Below, piece by piece: positions 36,101 to 51,198 of a stretch of 64,000 nt of DNA. The DNA is from Balanoglossus misakiensis. Lineage: Eukaryota; Animalia; Hemichordata. Numbering within the stretch: position 1 is the stretch's first letter; each line of letters opens with the position of its first letter. The DNA is taken from the NCBI GenBank assembly GCA_040954595.2, contig CM082597.2:10137778-10201777 (forward strand). The letters are read 5' to 3'. The notes beneath the pieces were generated by a model. That model worked only from the letters and a program-made list of their open reading frames with translations, was not told the origin of the DNA and made no database searches. A program made the position numbers and the translations under genes.

Positions 36101-39100
36101 ATCTTCTCATAAAATGATAAAGTTGCCGCAAAGGTATACAGTCACCTATAATTTACATACGCCCATATATGGCTGAAATGGCGTATTTGAGCGTTCTAAA
36201 GGACATATGGCGGCGCTCTTTTTTTCGCGTGTGCCACCCACTGAAAATCTGTGATTGGCTAGATCTCAAGTTTACCATGGTAACTGTAGTTAAATTACCA
36301 TAGGTGACAATATACCTTAACATATCATATTTCTTCTGGGAAGTGTAATTGTTTTAAGATCAAATATTACATGTACATACCAATTGTATGCCTCTCAGAT
36401 ATTGTCTTTCCGTTGATGCACTCACTTTGTGCTCACCAATACTGAATAGCTGTAAATATAATCAAAGGAGAAGAAATCACTCACTCATTAGCAATGATAC
36501 TGCAAAAGTGGAAGTGACTGATTTTGAGTCTGAAGTTGGAAAAGAGTCCCAGTACAGTGTAGAGAGGTTTCCAGATTAGGTAGATTTTGCTGTCCAACCA
36601 TTTTCACACAACGGCCATAAAACTTAAAGAAGAACTATTAAATTACCCAGCCTGATAAGTTTTGTGGTGTTTGGAAAGACGTCCATGTCTGATGACACAA
36701 GATCAGCTTTTGATTGTAACATGAGACATGATCAGTTGTGTTTTGGTTCAAAAGAACATGACCTGGTTTAAGAAGCCTTGCAACTTCAGGTGACTACAGA
36801 AGGAGCTATACTGTGCCCATTGGCCTTGATTTGACTGAGAAACCATGATTTACTGAAAAGCCACTTGGAAAAGGGTCCACTTTATTTCTAAACCAAACTT
36901 ACCTTCAGGAAGATCATCTTGGCTGACTCTTGACTATCTACAGTGACTTTTCTTGCATCCATCTTGGCTGCAACATCTTTCTTTTCATCCACCTGCATTG
37001 CCTCACTTTTCTCCTCTTTCTGTTCCTCATCTGCAAATAAAAATTGTGTTATGTCCAGGAAATATTATTTACTTTCTGAGAAGAAACTGGAATATCTAGC
37101 TTTGCAAATCAGTTAGTGAAATAAGAGAACGCAAACAATTAATTGTCATGAAATAGTCACCTCTGTTAATATCGCGAAAAATTTCCCATCACAAAAATTA
37201 CCAAGATTACAGTAACCTAAAAATATAAAATCCTAATAATGTCCAAAGTTGAAGAATTCTATATGTATGACTTAACTTTTGAGACACTATTTCACAACAC
37301 AAATACTAGTACCTTTGTTCTCTTTATCCAGGAATGAATTTTTTTCCACCTTCTGCTCCTCTCATCTGTTGAACTTCCACTAACTGAGCCATGTATCCTT
37401 TGTCAACCACATCCTGTTCCATACTGTACAGATCTTGTCTGCAGGCCATGTCGAGATGCTGCAGTAGTTTGCTGTGAAAAGAAACAGAAGTGTTACATGT
37501 GTATGTGTGTTACAGGGCCAGATCACGGCACATCATGACAAAATCTTTGTGAATATGGTGCTAGCATCATGTTTATAGCAGATCATGTGTATTCATACTT
37601 GTGGGCCAAATGACCTTAATATGTGGTTTGTTGTATGACTTAATTATAACACACACACCCAGTTTTTTTAATAGTCCTGCTTGAAAGATCACAGAGTGTC
37701 TTTGGCTACTGAAAAGCACCACCACAATGAGAGATAACTCACAACACCGAAGAGTAAATCTCTAAAGTTGTAATTTAAACCAAGTATGGAAATTGGGATG
37801 TACGGTAGCTTTGATGAGGAATAATTCTAGAGTTACAACATACCTCATGCTGTTGACTGGTATACCAAAGGACTGCACAAACAAGACCAACTGAGCTGGT
37901 TCCAAGTCTTCCAGGGCTGAAAAAAATGACAAATTCAGGATGAAAACAACAAAAGTTTGGTGAGAAAAGATCCCAAGTTGAATTGACACACAGATTGGCA
38001 GATATTTCCACGAAATATCACATGTAAATGGTGCAACAACAGATTAACCGATCAGGCCATGACAAATACTGCACCTCTTCACAAAAACTGCTGGGTTGCA
38101 ATTTATAGCATAAAATTACTGTAAAACAGGAAATTTTTGTGATATCACAAGAGAGCTGACTATTCCATTGCTCACATTGTTTCTTTGCGACCATTTATTT
38201 TCACGTTTTTTGGCTCTCACGAAATTCGCAAAAATTTCCCCTTTTACAATAGTATGGTTGGATCTATACAATGTATACATTGAATGGGGATGAACACTGG
38301 ACAGTGGAGCATTCTATATTAAAATTTGGGAAAACATTGAAGCCATATTAAGGTCATACTTGATTAAGCTGAAAGTCGGCACAGAATAAATTTGAAATTC
38401 AATTGGCTACAAAAATTGACTTTTCTGCCATTCTGAGATCTCCATGCTGAGCTCAATTATGTTGCTGCTTCATATAGTGGTCAGCAATAAAAACTTACTA
38501 CTGTTACAGTGGTTATACATGTAACTCTTATTAAATGTTTTTTTTTTCTTGTTTTATCATGAAATCTGACAATATCACGAAATCTGACTGTGGGTGGCAC
38601 GACAGAATAAAACTGGTTTTCGTCTCAACTTTTGTACATGTAGTGACACAATGAAAGAATGACAGAGAAACTGCTAACAGACAGATTATTATATATTTTT
38701 TTACCTTTTCATGTCACTTTTATAAAACACTGCATGGCAACAAATGTGAACCATGAACAATTTGCAAGACAATGAACTAGAAGTTGAACGAGATTTGAAG
38801 ACCTGCTCTGGAAGTAATTGATTGACACTCACCCATGAGTAAGATTCCGCATGGGGCTGTGTGGCTTTCTTCAAGTAATTGTAGAATATATGTAACATGG
38901 ATGTCAGTGTACATAGTGTTGGTCTGGTCGGCACTGGTGTCTCTACACAGCATGGAGCTGAGTATGGTGGGCCTTTCTACAATCAACTGAGCTAAATGTG
39001 ACAATGTGTAATTAAAGAGAAATATACAGTCAGTGGAGTAAAGGGTATAACACAATCATACTGATGGAATTCTCACTACCTGAAATAGGTTTTTGCTACC

Positions 39101-42100
39101 TAGGTGAGTGATGAATAAAGGTCTAATGTCCTCTCTGATATAACATACTAGTGTATGGTAAATGTCTTTCAGAGATCTACACATTAAAGGGACAAACTCT
39201 CTACAGTTAATTCATTTTGGGGAGATTTTTACTCTCATATCCTACAAACGGGATGGAAGTTGTGTGTGGTCGAACATTGATTCACTATATATCCACATGT
39301 AGAATAACATAAATGGTGTCTTGTATCAAACATAATGTATGGAAAAAGGGCAGCGAGAGAGAGACTTTGTCCCTTTAAATATCATAGCTGGCATACAGTT
39401 ATAAATATGCATTTTTTGATTTATGTCTTGCAAGTACAAAACTGTTCTTTATTAAAAAGAAATACAGACAAGGTGATCCCAGGAACATAAAACCCAAAAC
39501 TCAAAGCTACCAGACAGATGAGTCTTGAGATAAACTTGGACTTACTTGTCAATCAATCTGGACTGCTCTTGTAACAACAACTCACTCAATGCTTCACTGG
39601 TGCTGGATGATTTTGTTGGCACTTGCATAGCAACAGATAAGGCTTTATTCAGAAACTCTTCTAGTTGGCTGGAATTGGCGCCTGTCAGCTGGTGATACAC
39701 TGCATATGGTGCAAAGTCAAACAAAATTCACCCAATCATAAAATGTATCATTAACATGATCATACCATAAAAAATGTGAATGAATTACAATTATAGCGTG
39801 CGCATATTGAATCATACGAAATCACACCAAATAACGCGAGACTTAGAAATAACATTACATGTGTATGGTGCCACTTAAACGACACCATTTATTCTTTTTG
39901 AGCCTAAATCATGTTTAACCACAACTAGACAACCACAATGACCTTGTGAGAATGAAACCCACCAATAAATACATGTAGATAATCTGAAGCTATCACAGAA
40001 ACAGAATGTCTTTGACAAAGTATTGCAAAGCCTTCAGTTGACCGCGAAAAAGTTGACGAAGCATGCATGTGGAAAGTGGAGTGTTGACAACAATGTGAAT
40101 ATATGCACGATAGCTTGCTGCGCTCGCACTCAGGTCAAACCTGTTACATATTACCAAAAATGTGGATCTATATAATTAACATTGGGTCCGTTCCTTCTTA
40201 TCCCACTCGTGTTTCTGTTTGTTTGGTGAGAATATCTAATAGGTTAGCCCCTTTCACTCCCAGTTGTTTCTTTAGAGGTCCAACCTTACCATAGAAAACG
40301 ATGGGTTTGGACTGGAACATGGCGGTGAAAGGGTTCAGGTGCTTGAGGGAGTGTTAAAAATGCAGACTTTACCTTTCTATAACATGTCTCTATCTACAGC
40401 CATCCGTCCCTCAGTGACGGCTTCAATGATTTCACTCACTTCATCCAAGTTGCCACCACTGGCTTTGATGGGACTTTTCTCACTGCTCAGGGATTTCGCT
40501 GGAAGGAAGGACGTAAGACTGGAATTAAGGCATACGTCCCTACATAAAGGGAGGACATTTGGACATGATACCACAAATGGTTAATGGAGTTTCTGGGAAG
40601 GTTTTCAAATTCCAGGAATTTCCAGGAGTGTACGAATCCAGTTAAGAATTCTTTATGTCATGTGATCTGGCCATGTGACCTGCAGCATTGTCATTTCCAG
40701 GTGACGGCAAACAACATAGTGGCATCCAGTAAAAGTTTTCCACGTATGTAAGTACTTAAGAACCGCCAGACATGTAACATGTATCAGGTATAGTACCTCA
40801 TCAGCCTCATGGCATTTTGTCTGCACAGTCTTTGTCTGCACCACGTTGCTGAAGTTGCCTGTCATCTGGAAAATTGAATGCCAACGTATTTGCGCTTGAG
40901 CGCGTCTGGCGTCTTTTGATATCAAAGAATAAATGCATTGTACAAACTTGAAAGTATGTAGAATTTTTCTATTTATCCTGTGTGATATAGTGAAAACGCT
41001 CAAGTTACAGTTTGTGTATGGTTTTGAGAATTATTTCACTGCTTGAGGTAAGTGAAATAAACAGCTCACCTTGTTGTCTGTTGACTTTTTCATACTGGTT
41101 GAGAAGTTTTGTAAACACACTGTTTTCAGACTTTGATGAACTCAAAATTGCAGACACTAGCTGGACAAATCTCATCATATCTTCCTTCTTTTCAAGATGT
41201 TTCTAAATGATATAAAGGAGTGAGAGTGAGAATTGTGCATGATTATGTCAGTTTTGAACTTTCATGTCTGTTTTGGACTGAGAGCTGTTGAATGAGAGAG
41301 AGAGAGGGAGAGAGAGATCGCGCTCGAACAATCAGGGGGTCACGCAGACGTAATCTTTTCATTGGCGTGATACTGATATCACCACGTAGCTTGCAATTCC
41401 CAAGAGTGCGACTGTACGTACGTAAACTGTATCAAATTCAACTCATTCACGTCATATGAGAGGAGGTATACCGTGCGAATGCGAGCGCTGGGGGAACCGG
41501 GTACCGCCTACTTGAAATGGACCTCTTCCCTTAGTGAAGTCAAATAATCATAATTATCTATCATGTAAGAAGTCAAAAATGTAAGAGAATGTTTTAATAA
41601 ATATGTCAACTTATTATTTATATTCCCCTGTATATATTCCCCTGTAAATGTCTCATAATTTGAGGAATAATATTTTGGAAGCTGAACGGAAGTTGCAACT
41701 CAAATCAAATTTCAACTTCTCCAATATATGGAATAACACTATAAGCCTACTGACTTGAGAAACTCCAATTGAATTTCAAATTCTCGAACAAACGAAAATA
41801 TGTTTGAATGTAAGTAATCTTACTATAAAATTGACATGCAATTACCTGTCGTTGGTGAAGCAAACTGAACAATGGACATGACAAATGATGTTTTCTGTGT
41901 AGATTATAAATAAACTGACTCTCATCACTTGATGTTAGGATTTCTTGCATTGCCAGAATGATGTGATCACCAGAATTCTCTGATGAATCAAACAATTTCA
42001 GCCTGGAGATTTCCCTGGACAGTGTCTGTGTGAGAAATGATGGCAAAATATTAATATCATTTATTAGGAAACCTGGCCAGTCACTGAGAAATCTGTCGGC

Positions 42101-45100
42101 CTTTACAAAGTATAGTTCATAATCTTCTCATAAAATGATAAAGTTGCCGCAAAGGTATACAGTCACCTATAATTTACATACGCCCATATATGGCTGAAAT
42201 GGCGTATTTGAGCGTTCTAAAGGACATATGGCGGCGCTCTTTTTTTCGCGTGTGCCACCCACTGAAAATCTGTGATTGGCTAGATCTCAAGTTTACCATG
42301 GTAACTGTAGTTAAATTACCATAGGTGACAATATACCTTAACATATCATATTTCTTCTGGGAAGTGTAATTGTTTTAAGATCAAATATTACATGTACATA
42401 CCAATTGTATGCCTCTCAGATATTGTCTTTCCGTTGATGCACTCACTTTGTGCTCACCAATACTGAATAGCTGTAAATATAATCAAAGGAGAAGAAATCA
42501 CTCACTCATTAGCAATGATACTGCAAAAGTGGAAGTGACTGATTTTGAGTCTGAAGTTGGAAAAGAGTCCCAGTACAGTGTAGAGAGGTTTCCAGATTAG
42601 GTAGATTTTGCTGTCCAACCATTTTCACACAACGGCCATAAAACTTAAAGAAGAACTATTAAATTACCCAGCCTGATAAGTTTTGTGGTGTTTGGAAAGT
42701 CGTCCATGTCTGATGACACAAGATCAGCTTTTGATTGTAACATGAGACATGATCAGTTGTGTTTTGGTTCAAAAGAACATGACCTGGTTTAAGAAGCCTT
42801 GCAACTTCAGGTGACTACAGAAGGAGCTATACTGTGCCCATTGGCCTTGATTTGACTGAGAAACCATGATTTACTGAAAAGCCACTTGGAAAAGGGTCCA
42901 CTTTATTTCTAAACCAAACTTACCTTCAGGAAGATCATCTTGGCTGACTCTTGACTATCTACAGTGACTTTTCTTGCATCCATCTTGGCTGCAACATCTT
43001 TCTTTTCATCCACCTGCATTGCCTCACTTTTCTCCTCTTTCTTTTCCTCATCTGCAAATAAAAATTGTGTTATGTCCAGGAAATATTATTTACTTTATGA
43101 GAAGAAACTGGAATATCTAGCTTTGCAAATCAGTTAGTGAAATAAGAGAACGCAAACAATTAATTGTCATGAAATAGTCACCTCTGTTAATATCGCGAAA
43201 AATTTCCCATCACAAAAATTACCAAGATTACAGTAACCTAAAAATATAAAATCCTAATAATGTCCAAAGTTGAAGAATTCTATATGTATGACTTAACTTT
43301 TGAGACACTATTTCACAACACAAATACTAGTACCTTTGTTCTCTTTATCCAGGAATGAATTTTTTTCCACCTTCTGCTCCTCTCATCTGTTGAACTTCCA
43401 CTAACTGAGCCATGTATCCTTTGTCAACCACAGCCTGTTCCATACTGTACAGATCTTGTCTGCAGGCCATGTCGAGATGCTGCAGTAGTTTGCTGTGAAA
43501 AGAAACAGAAGTGTTACATGTGTATGTGTGTTACAGGGCCAGATCACGGCACATCATGACAAAATCTTTGTGAATATGGTGCTAGCATCATGTTTATAGC
43601 AGATCATGTGTGCCAAATGACCTTAATATGTGGTTTGTTGTATGACTTAATTATAACACACACACCCAGTTTTTTTAATAGTCCTGCTTGAAAGATCACA
43701 GAGTGTCTTTGGCTACTGAAAAGCACCACCACAATGAGAGATAACTCACAACACCGAAGAGTAAATCTCTAAAGTTGTAATTTAAACCAAGTATGGAAAT
43801 TGGGATGTACGGTAGCTTTGATGAGGAATAATTCTAGAGTTACAACATACCTCATGCTGTTGACTGGTATACCAAAGGACTGCACAAACAAGACCAACTG
43901 AGCTGGTTCCAAGTCTTCCAGGGCTGAAAAAAATGACAAATTCAGGATGAAAACAACAAAAGTTTGGTGAGAAAAGATCCCAAGTTGAATTGACACACAG
44001 ATTGGCAGATATTTCCACGAAATATCACATGTAAATGGTGCAACAACAGATTAACCGATCAGGCCATGACAAATACTGCACCTCTTCACAAAAACTGCTG
44101 GGTTGCAATTTATAGCATAAAATTACTGTAAAACAGGAAATTTTTGTGATATCACAAGAGAGCTGACTATTCCATTGCTCACATTGTTTCTTTGCGACCA
44201 TTTATTTTCACGTTTTTTGGCTCTCACGAAATTCGCAAAAATTTCCCCTTTTACAATAGTATGGTTGGATCTATACAATGTATACATTGAATGGGGATGA
44301 ACACTGGACAGTGGAGCATTCTATATTAAAATTTGGGAAAACATTGAAGCCATATTAAGGTCATACTTGATTAAGCTGAAAGTCGGCACAGAATAAATTT
44401 GAAATTCAATTGGCTACAAAAATTGACTTTTCTGCCATTCTGAGATCTCCATGCTGAGCTCAATTATGTTGCTGCTTCATATAGTGGTCAGCAATAAAAA
44501 CTTACTACTGTTACAGTGGTTATACATGTAACTCTTATTAAATGTTTTTTTTTTCTTGTTTTATCATGAAATCTGACAATATCACGAAATCTGACTGTGG
44601 GTGGCACGACAGAATAAAACTGGTTTTCGTCTCAACTTTTGTACATGTAGTGACACAATGAAAGAATGACAGAGAAACTGCTAACAGACAGATTATTATA
44701 TATTTTTTTACCTTTTCATGTCACTTTTATAAAACACTGCATGGCAACAAATGTGAACCATGAACAATTTGCAAGACAATGAACTAGAAGTTGAACGAGA
44801 TTTGAAGACCTGCTCTGGAAGTAATTGATTGACACTCACCCATGAGTAAGATTCCGCATGGGGCTGTGTGGCTTTCTTCAAGTAATTGTAGAATATATGT
44901 AACATGGATGTCAGTGTACATAGTGTTGGTCTGGTCGGCACTGGTGTCTCTACACAGCATGGAGCTGAGTATGGTGGGCCTTTCTACAATCAACTGAGCT
45001 AAATGTGACAATGTGTAATTAAAGAGAAATATACAGTCAGTGGAGTAAAGGGTATAACACAATCATACTGATGGAATTCTCACTACCTGAAATAGGTTTT

Positions 45101-47327
45101 TGCTACCTAGGTGAGTGATGAATAAAGGTCTAATGTCCTCTCTGATATAACATACTAGTGTATGGTAAATGTCTTTCAGAGATCTACACATTAAAGGGAC
45201 AAACTCTCTACAGTTAATTCATTTTGGGGAGATTTTTACTCTCATATCCTACAAACGGGATGGAAGTTGTGTGTGGTCGAACATTGATTCACTATATATC
45301 CACATGTAGAATAACATAAATGGTGTCTTGTATCAAACATAATGTATGGAAAAAGGGCAGCGAGAGAGAGACTTTGTCCCTTTAAATATCATAGCTGGCA
45401 TACAGTTATAAATATGCATTTTTTGATTTATGTCTTGCAAGTACAAAACTGTTCTTTATTAAAAAGAAATACAGACAAGGTGATCCCAGGAACATAAAAC
45501 CCAAAACTCAAAGCTACCAGACAGATGAGTCTTGAGATAAACTTGGACTTACTTGTCAATCAATCTGGACTGCTCTTGTAACAACAACTCACTCAATGCT
45601 TCACTGGTGCTGGATGATTTTGTTGGCACTTGCATAGCAACAGATAAGGCTTTATTCAGAAACTCTTCTAGTTGGCTGGAATTGGCGCCTGTCAGCTGGT
45701 GATACACTGCATATGGTGCAAAGTCAAACAAAATTCACCCAATCATAAAATGTATCATTAACATGATCATACCATAAAAAATGTGAATGAATTACAATTA
45801 TAGCGTGCGCATATTGAATCATACGAAATCACACCAAATAACGCGAGACTTAGAAATAACATTACATGTGTATGGTGCCACTTAAACGACACCATTTATT
45901 CTTTTTGAGCCTAAATCATGTTTAACCACAACTAGACAACCACAATGACCTTGTGAGAATGAAACCCACCAATAAATACATGTAGATAATCTGAAGCTAT
46001 CACAGAAACAGAATGTCTTTGACAAAGTATTGCAAAGCCTTCAGTTGACCGCGAAAAAGTTGACGAAGCATGCATGTGGAAAGTGGAGTGTTGACAACAA
46101 TGTGAATATATGCACGATAGCTTGCTGCGCTCGCACTCAGGTCAAACCTGTTACATATTACCAAAAATGTGGATCTATATAATTAACATTGGGTCCGTTC
46201 CTTCTTATCCCACTCGTGTTTCTGTTTGTTTGGTGAGAATATCTAATAGGTTAGCCCCTTTCACTCCCAGTTCCTTCTTTAGAGGTCCAACCTTACCATA
46301 GAAAACGATGGGTTTGGACTGGAACATGGCGGTGAAAGGGTTCAGGTGCTTGAGGGAGTGTTAAAAATGCAGACTTTACCTTTCTATAACATGTCTCTAT
46401 CTACAGCCATCCGTCCCTCAGTGACGGCTTCAATGATTTCACTCACTTCATCCAAGTTGCCACCACTGGCTTTGATGGGACTTTTCTCACTGCTCAGGGA
46501 TTTCGCTGGAAGGAAGGACGTAAGACTGGAATTAAGGCATACGTCCCTACATAAAGGGAGGACATTTGGACATGATACCACAAATGGTTAATGGAGTTTC
46601 TGGGAAGGTTTTCAAATTCCAGGAATTTCCAGGAGTGTACGAATCCAGTTAAGAATTCTTTATGTCATGTGATCTGGCCATGTGACCTGCAGCATTGTCA
46701 TTTCCAGGTGACGGCAAACAACATAGTGGCATCCAGTAAAAGTTTTCCACGTATGTAAGTACTTAAGAACCGCCAGACATGTAACATGTATCAGGTATAG
46801 TACCTCATCAGCCTCATGGCATTTTGTCTGCACAGTCTTTGTCTGCACCACGTTGCTGAAGTTGCCTGTCATCTGGAAAATTGAATGCCAACGTATTTGC
46901 GCTTGAGCGCGTCTGGCGTCTTTTGATATCAAAGAATAAATGCATTGTACAAACTTGAAAGTATGTAGAATTTTTCTATTTATCCTGTGTGATATAGTGA
47001 AAATGCTCAAGTTACAGTTTGTGTATGGTTTTGAGAATTATTTCACTGCTTGAGGTAAGTGAAATAAACAGCTCACCTTGTTGTCTGTTGACTTTTTCAT
47101 ACTGGTTGAGAAGTTTTGTAAACACACTGTTTTCAGACTTTGATGAACTCAAAATTGCAAACTCTAGCTGGACAAATCTCATCATATCTTCCTTCTTTTC
47201 AAGATGTTTCTAAATGATATAAAGAAGAACATTCAAAGATTTAAAGAAGAATTGCAAAGTAACTGAACACCCACTAATTTGACTTGGAAATGCAAAATGT
47301 AGACAGTAATGTACCACCAAAGTCTTA

Positions 47328-47861
47328 GGGAAGAAGTCCATTTCAAGTAGGCGGTAAGGCACGCGGTTCCCCCCCCCCCCCCTAGTACACTGGCGGTACA
47401 GGCGGGAAAGCGATTAGCAGCGTTTAATGAACTTGCATGCATAATGTATCCCGCCCGGATACCGCGCTGATTAGCACCTCGTTAGTGTACTGTTGTGTTG
47501 CAGGCGTTTGATTTTGCTGACAGTCTTCAGCGTGTACTCATATGGGTGAAAGGAGAGTGAGAATTGTGCATGATTATGTCAGTTTTGAACTTTCATGTCT
47601 GTTTTGGACTGAGAGCTGTTGAATGAGAGAGAGAGAGGGAGAGAGAGATCGCGCTCGCACAATCAGGGGGTCACGCAGACGTAATCTTTTCATTGGCGTG
47701 ATACTGATATCACCACGTAACTTGCAATTCCCAAGAGTGCGACTGTACGTACGTAAACTGTATCAAATTCAACTCATTCACGTCATATGAGAGGAGGTAT
47801 ACCGTGCGAATGCGAGCGCTGGGGGAACCGGGTACCGCCTACTTGAAATGGACCTCTTCCC
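47328..47861. mobile_element. 534-bp PIF/Harbinger-like MITE, complete only here
   Basis: TTA-GGGAAGAAGTCCATTTCAAGTAGGCGGTA ... TACCGCCTACTTGAAATGGACCTCTTCCC-TTA (TTA TSD); truncated versions in all other units. Confidence 0.8.
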
Positions 47862-49760
47862 TTAGTGAAGTCAAATAATCATAATTATCTATCATGTAAG
47901 AAGTCAAAAATGTAAGAGAATGTTTTAATAAATATGTCAACTTATTATTTATATTCCCCTGTATATATTCCCCTGTAAATGTCTCATAATTTGAGGAATA
48001 ATATTTTGGAAGCTGAACGGAAGTTGCAACTCAAATCAAATTTCAACTTCTCCAATATATGGAATAACACTATAAGCCTACTGACTTGAGAAACTCAAAT
48101 TGAATTTCAAATTCTCGAACAAACGAAAATATGTTTGAATGTAAGTAATCTTACTATAAAATTGACATGCAATTACCTGTCGTTGGTGAAGCAAACTGAA
48201 CAATGGACATGACAAATGATGTTTTCTGTAGAGATTATAAATAATCTGACTCTCATCACTTGATGTTAGGATTTCTTGCATTGCCAGAATGATGTGATCA
48301 CCAGAATTCTCTGATGAATCAAACAATTTCAGCCTGGACATTTCCCTGGACAGTGTCTGTGTGAGAAATGATGGCAAAATATTAATATCATTTGTTAGGA
48401 AACCTGGCCAGTCACTGAGAAATCTGTCGGCCTTTACAAAGTATAGTTCATAATCTTCTCATAAAATGATAAAGTTGCCGCAAAGGTATACAGTCACCTA
48501 CAATTTACATACGCCCATATATGGCTGAAATGGCGTATTTGAGCGTTCTAAAGAACATATGGCGGCGCTCTTTTTTTCGCGTGTGCCACCCACTGAAAAT
48601 CTGTGATTGGCTAGATCTCAAGTTTACCATGGTAACTGTAGTTAAATTTCCATAGGTGACAATATACCTTAACATATCATATTTCTTCTGGGAAGTGTAA
48701 TTGTTTTAAGATCAAATATTACATGTACATACCAATTGTATGCCTCTCAGATATTGTCTTTCCGTTGATGCACTCACTTTGTGCTCACCAATACTGAATA
48801 GCTGTAAATATAATCAAAGGAGAAGAAATCACTCACTCATTAGCAATGATACTGCAAAAGTGGAAGTGACTGATTTTGAGTCTGAAGTTGGAAAAGAGTC
48901 CCAGTACAGTGTAGAGAGGTTTCCAGATTAGGTAGATTTTGCTGTCCAACCATTTTCACACAACGGCCATAAAACTTATGTTAAGAAGAACTATTAAATT
49001 ACCCAGCCTGATAAGTTTTGTGGTGTTTGGAAAGTCGTCCATGTCTGATGACACAAGATCAGCTTTTGATTGTAACATGAGACATGATCAGTTGTGTTTT
49101 GGTTCAAAAGAACATGACCTGGTTTAAGAAGCCTTGCAACTTCAGGTGACTACAGAAGGAGCTATACTGTGCCCATTGGCCTTGATTTGACTGAGAAACC
49201 ATGATTTACTGAAAAGCCACTTGGAAAAGGGTCCACTTTATTTCTAAACCAAACTTACCTTCAGTAAGATCATCTTGGCTGACTCTTGACTATCTACAGT
49301 GACTTTTCTTGCATCCATCTTGGCTGCAACATCTTTCTTTTCATCCATCTGCATTGCCTCACTTTTCTCCTCTTTCTTTTCCTCATCTGCAAATAAAAAT
49401 TGTGTTATGTCCAGGAAATATTATTTACTTTCTGAGAAGAAACTGGAATATCTAGCTTTGCAAATCAGTTAGTGAAATAAGAGAACGCAAACAATTAATT
49501 GTCATGAAATAGTCACCTCTGTTAATATCGCGAAAAATTTCCCATCACAAAAATTACCAAGATTACAGTAACCTCACATTGTTTCTTTGCGACCATTTAT
49601 TTTCACGTTTTTTGGCTCTCACGAAATTCGCAAAAATTTCCCCTTTTACAGTTGCACTGCATCAGTGGGGCATTATATTTGACTCTGAGAGGGTGCAATA
49701 CTGTCAATCTATAAATCTAAATCACACAGTAACTGACACCTTATTGTTATAGCAACCTAC

Positions 49761-49919
49761 CAGCATCCACAAGTCAGGGAACATTGGAGCGGATCATTCT
49801 CAGCTTCAACCAATCAGGCAAGAGGAGAGCTTCTTCTGACGTGTCCACCAGAAATGCTGAAGGACGCGGTGAGTTGTCTGGAAACCAGGCACTCAGCAAA
49901 TAATCAAAGGAACTATCTC
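49761..49919 (-). pseudogene. INTS1: INTS1 exon D (DSSFDYLLSAWFP...AFLVDTSEEALLLPDWLKLRMIRSNVP*LVDA), single copy
   Basis: ttgcag/gtaggt; highly conserved motif; TGA at 49774-49776. Confidence 0.92.
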
Positions 49920-50369
49920 CTGCAAAATAAAGAGAGCGTCAAATTAAAGGTTGACGATTGTCTTATGCGCATGTGCAAAATTTCATGTGCACAAACATGT
50001 CCAATCCAAATGTTCTGCAAATTTTATGTTTGACGCATTAAAATAGAGCACTGCCTTCGCTTCTTTCCATATTTCACGACCATACAACTCATCCATTTGT
50101 AGAAATTCAGTGAATGTTGGAATTTACACAACTTGGTTTGTTCTGGCTATTATTATTAGTACATGTAGTAAATATCTGTAAACATGGAAACCCATGTACT
50201 GGTAATTCAATATGATACATAACAACGATAGTGCACCCATAAATTGTTCATTGTGTGACAGCTGGAAGAAAAGTCAACAAACTGTCAATTCTAATGAAAT
50301 ACAATCAAGTCGCAGCTCAAAGTAGCAGCAACGAACCATTTAAGGCTTAAAAACCATTTGCATACATAC

Positions 50370-50481
50370 GTGGAGGTTTTCCAAAGGTTAGCAGAATGAC
50401 CATAGCGTGTACCACTAAGATATGCATGGCGGCCACTTCACCACTCTGCCATTGGATGAACACTTGGTCTTCAGTGTCAGA
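50370..50481 (-). pseudogene. INTS1: INTS1 exon C (SDTEDQVFIQWQSGEVAAMHILVVHAMVILLTFGKPP), single copy
   Basis: ccacag/gtatgt; matches human QDQVFLRWSSGETATMHILVVHAMVILLTLGPP. Confidence 0.92.
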
Positions 50482-51198
50482 CTGTGGGAGAAGATGGCCA
50501 TTTCACTATCAGTTACACCAAAAATACAACTAATAATATGTCTGCGACTGGTCATTAGGTATGTTGAACTTTAACATTTCACCCGCATATTTTGGTCCAG
50601 TCCAATTATTTTCAATAGTATGGTTGGATCTATACAATGTATACATTGAATGGGGATGAACACTGGACAGTGGAGCATTCTATATTAAAATTTGGGAAAA
50701 CATTGAAGCCATATTAAGGTCATACTTGATTAAGCTGAAAGTCGGCACAGAATAAATTTGAAATTCAATTGGCTACAAAAATTGACTTTTCTGCCATTCT
50801 GAGATCTCCATGCTGAGCTCAATTATGTTGCTGCTTCATATAGTGGTCAGCAATAAAAACTTACTACTGTTACAGTGGTTATACATGTAACTCTTATTAA
50901 ATGTTTTTTTTTTCTTGTTTTATCATGAAATCTGACAATATCACGAAATCTGACTGTGGGTGGCACGACAGAATAAAACTGGTTTTCGTCTCAACTTTTG
51001 TACATGTAGTGACACAATGAAAGAATGACAGAGAAACTGCTAACAGACAGATTATTATATATTTTTTTACCTTTTCATGTCACTTTTATAAAACACTGCA
51101 TGGCAACAAATGTGAACCATGAACAATTTGCAAGACAATGAACTAGAAGTTGAACGAGATTTGAAGACCTGCTCTGGAAGTAATTGATTGACACTCAC

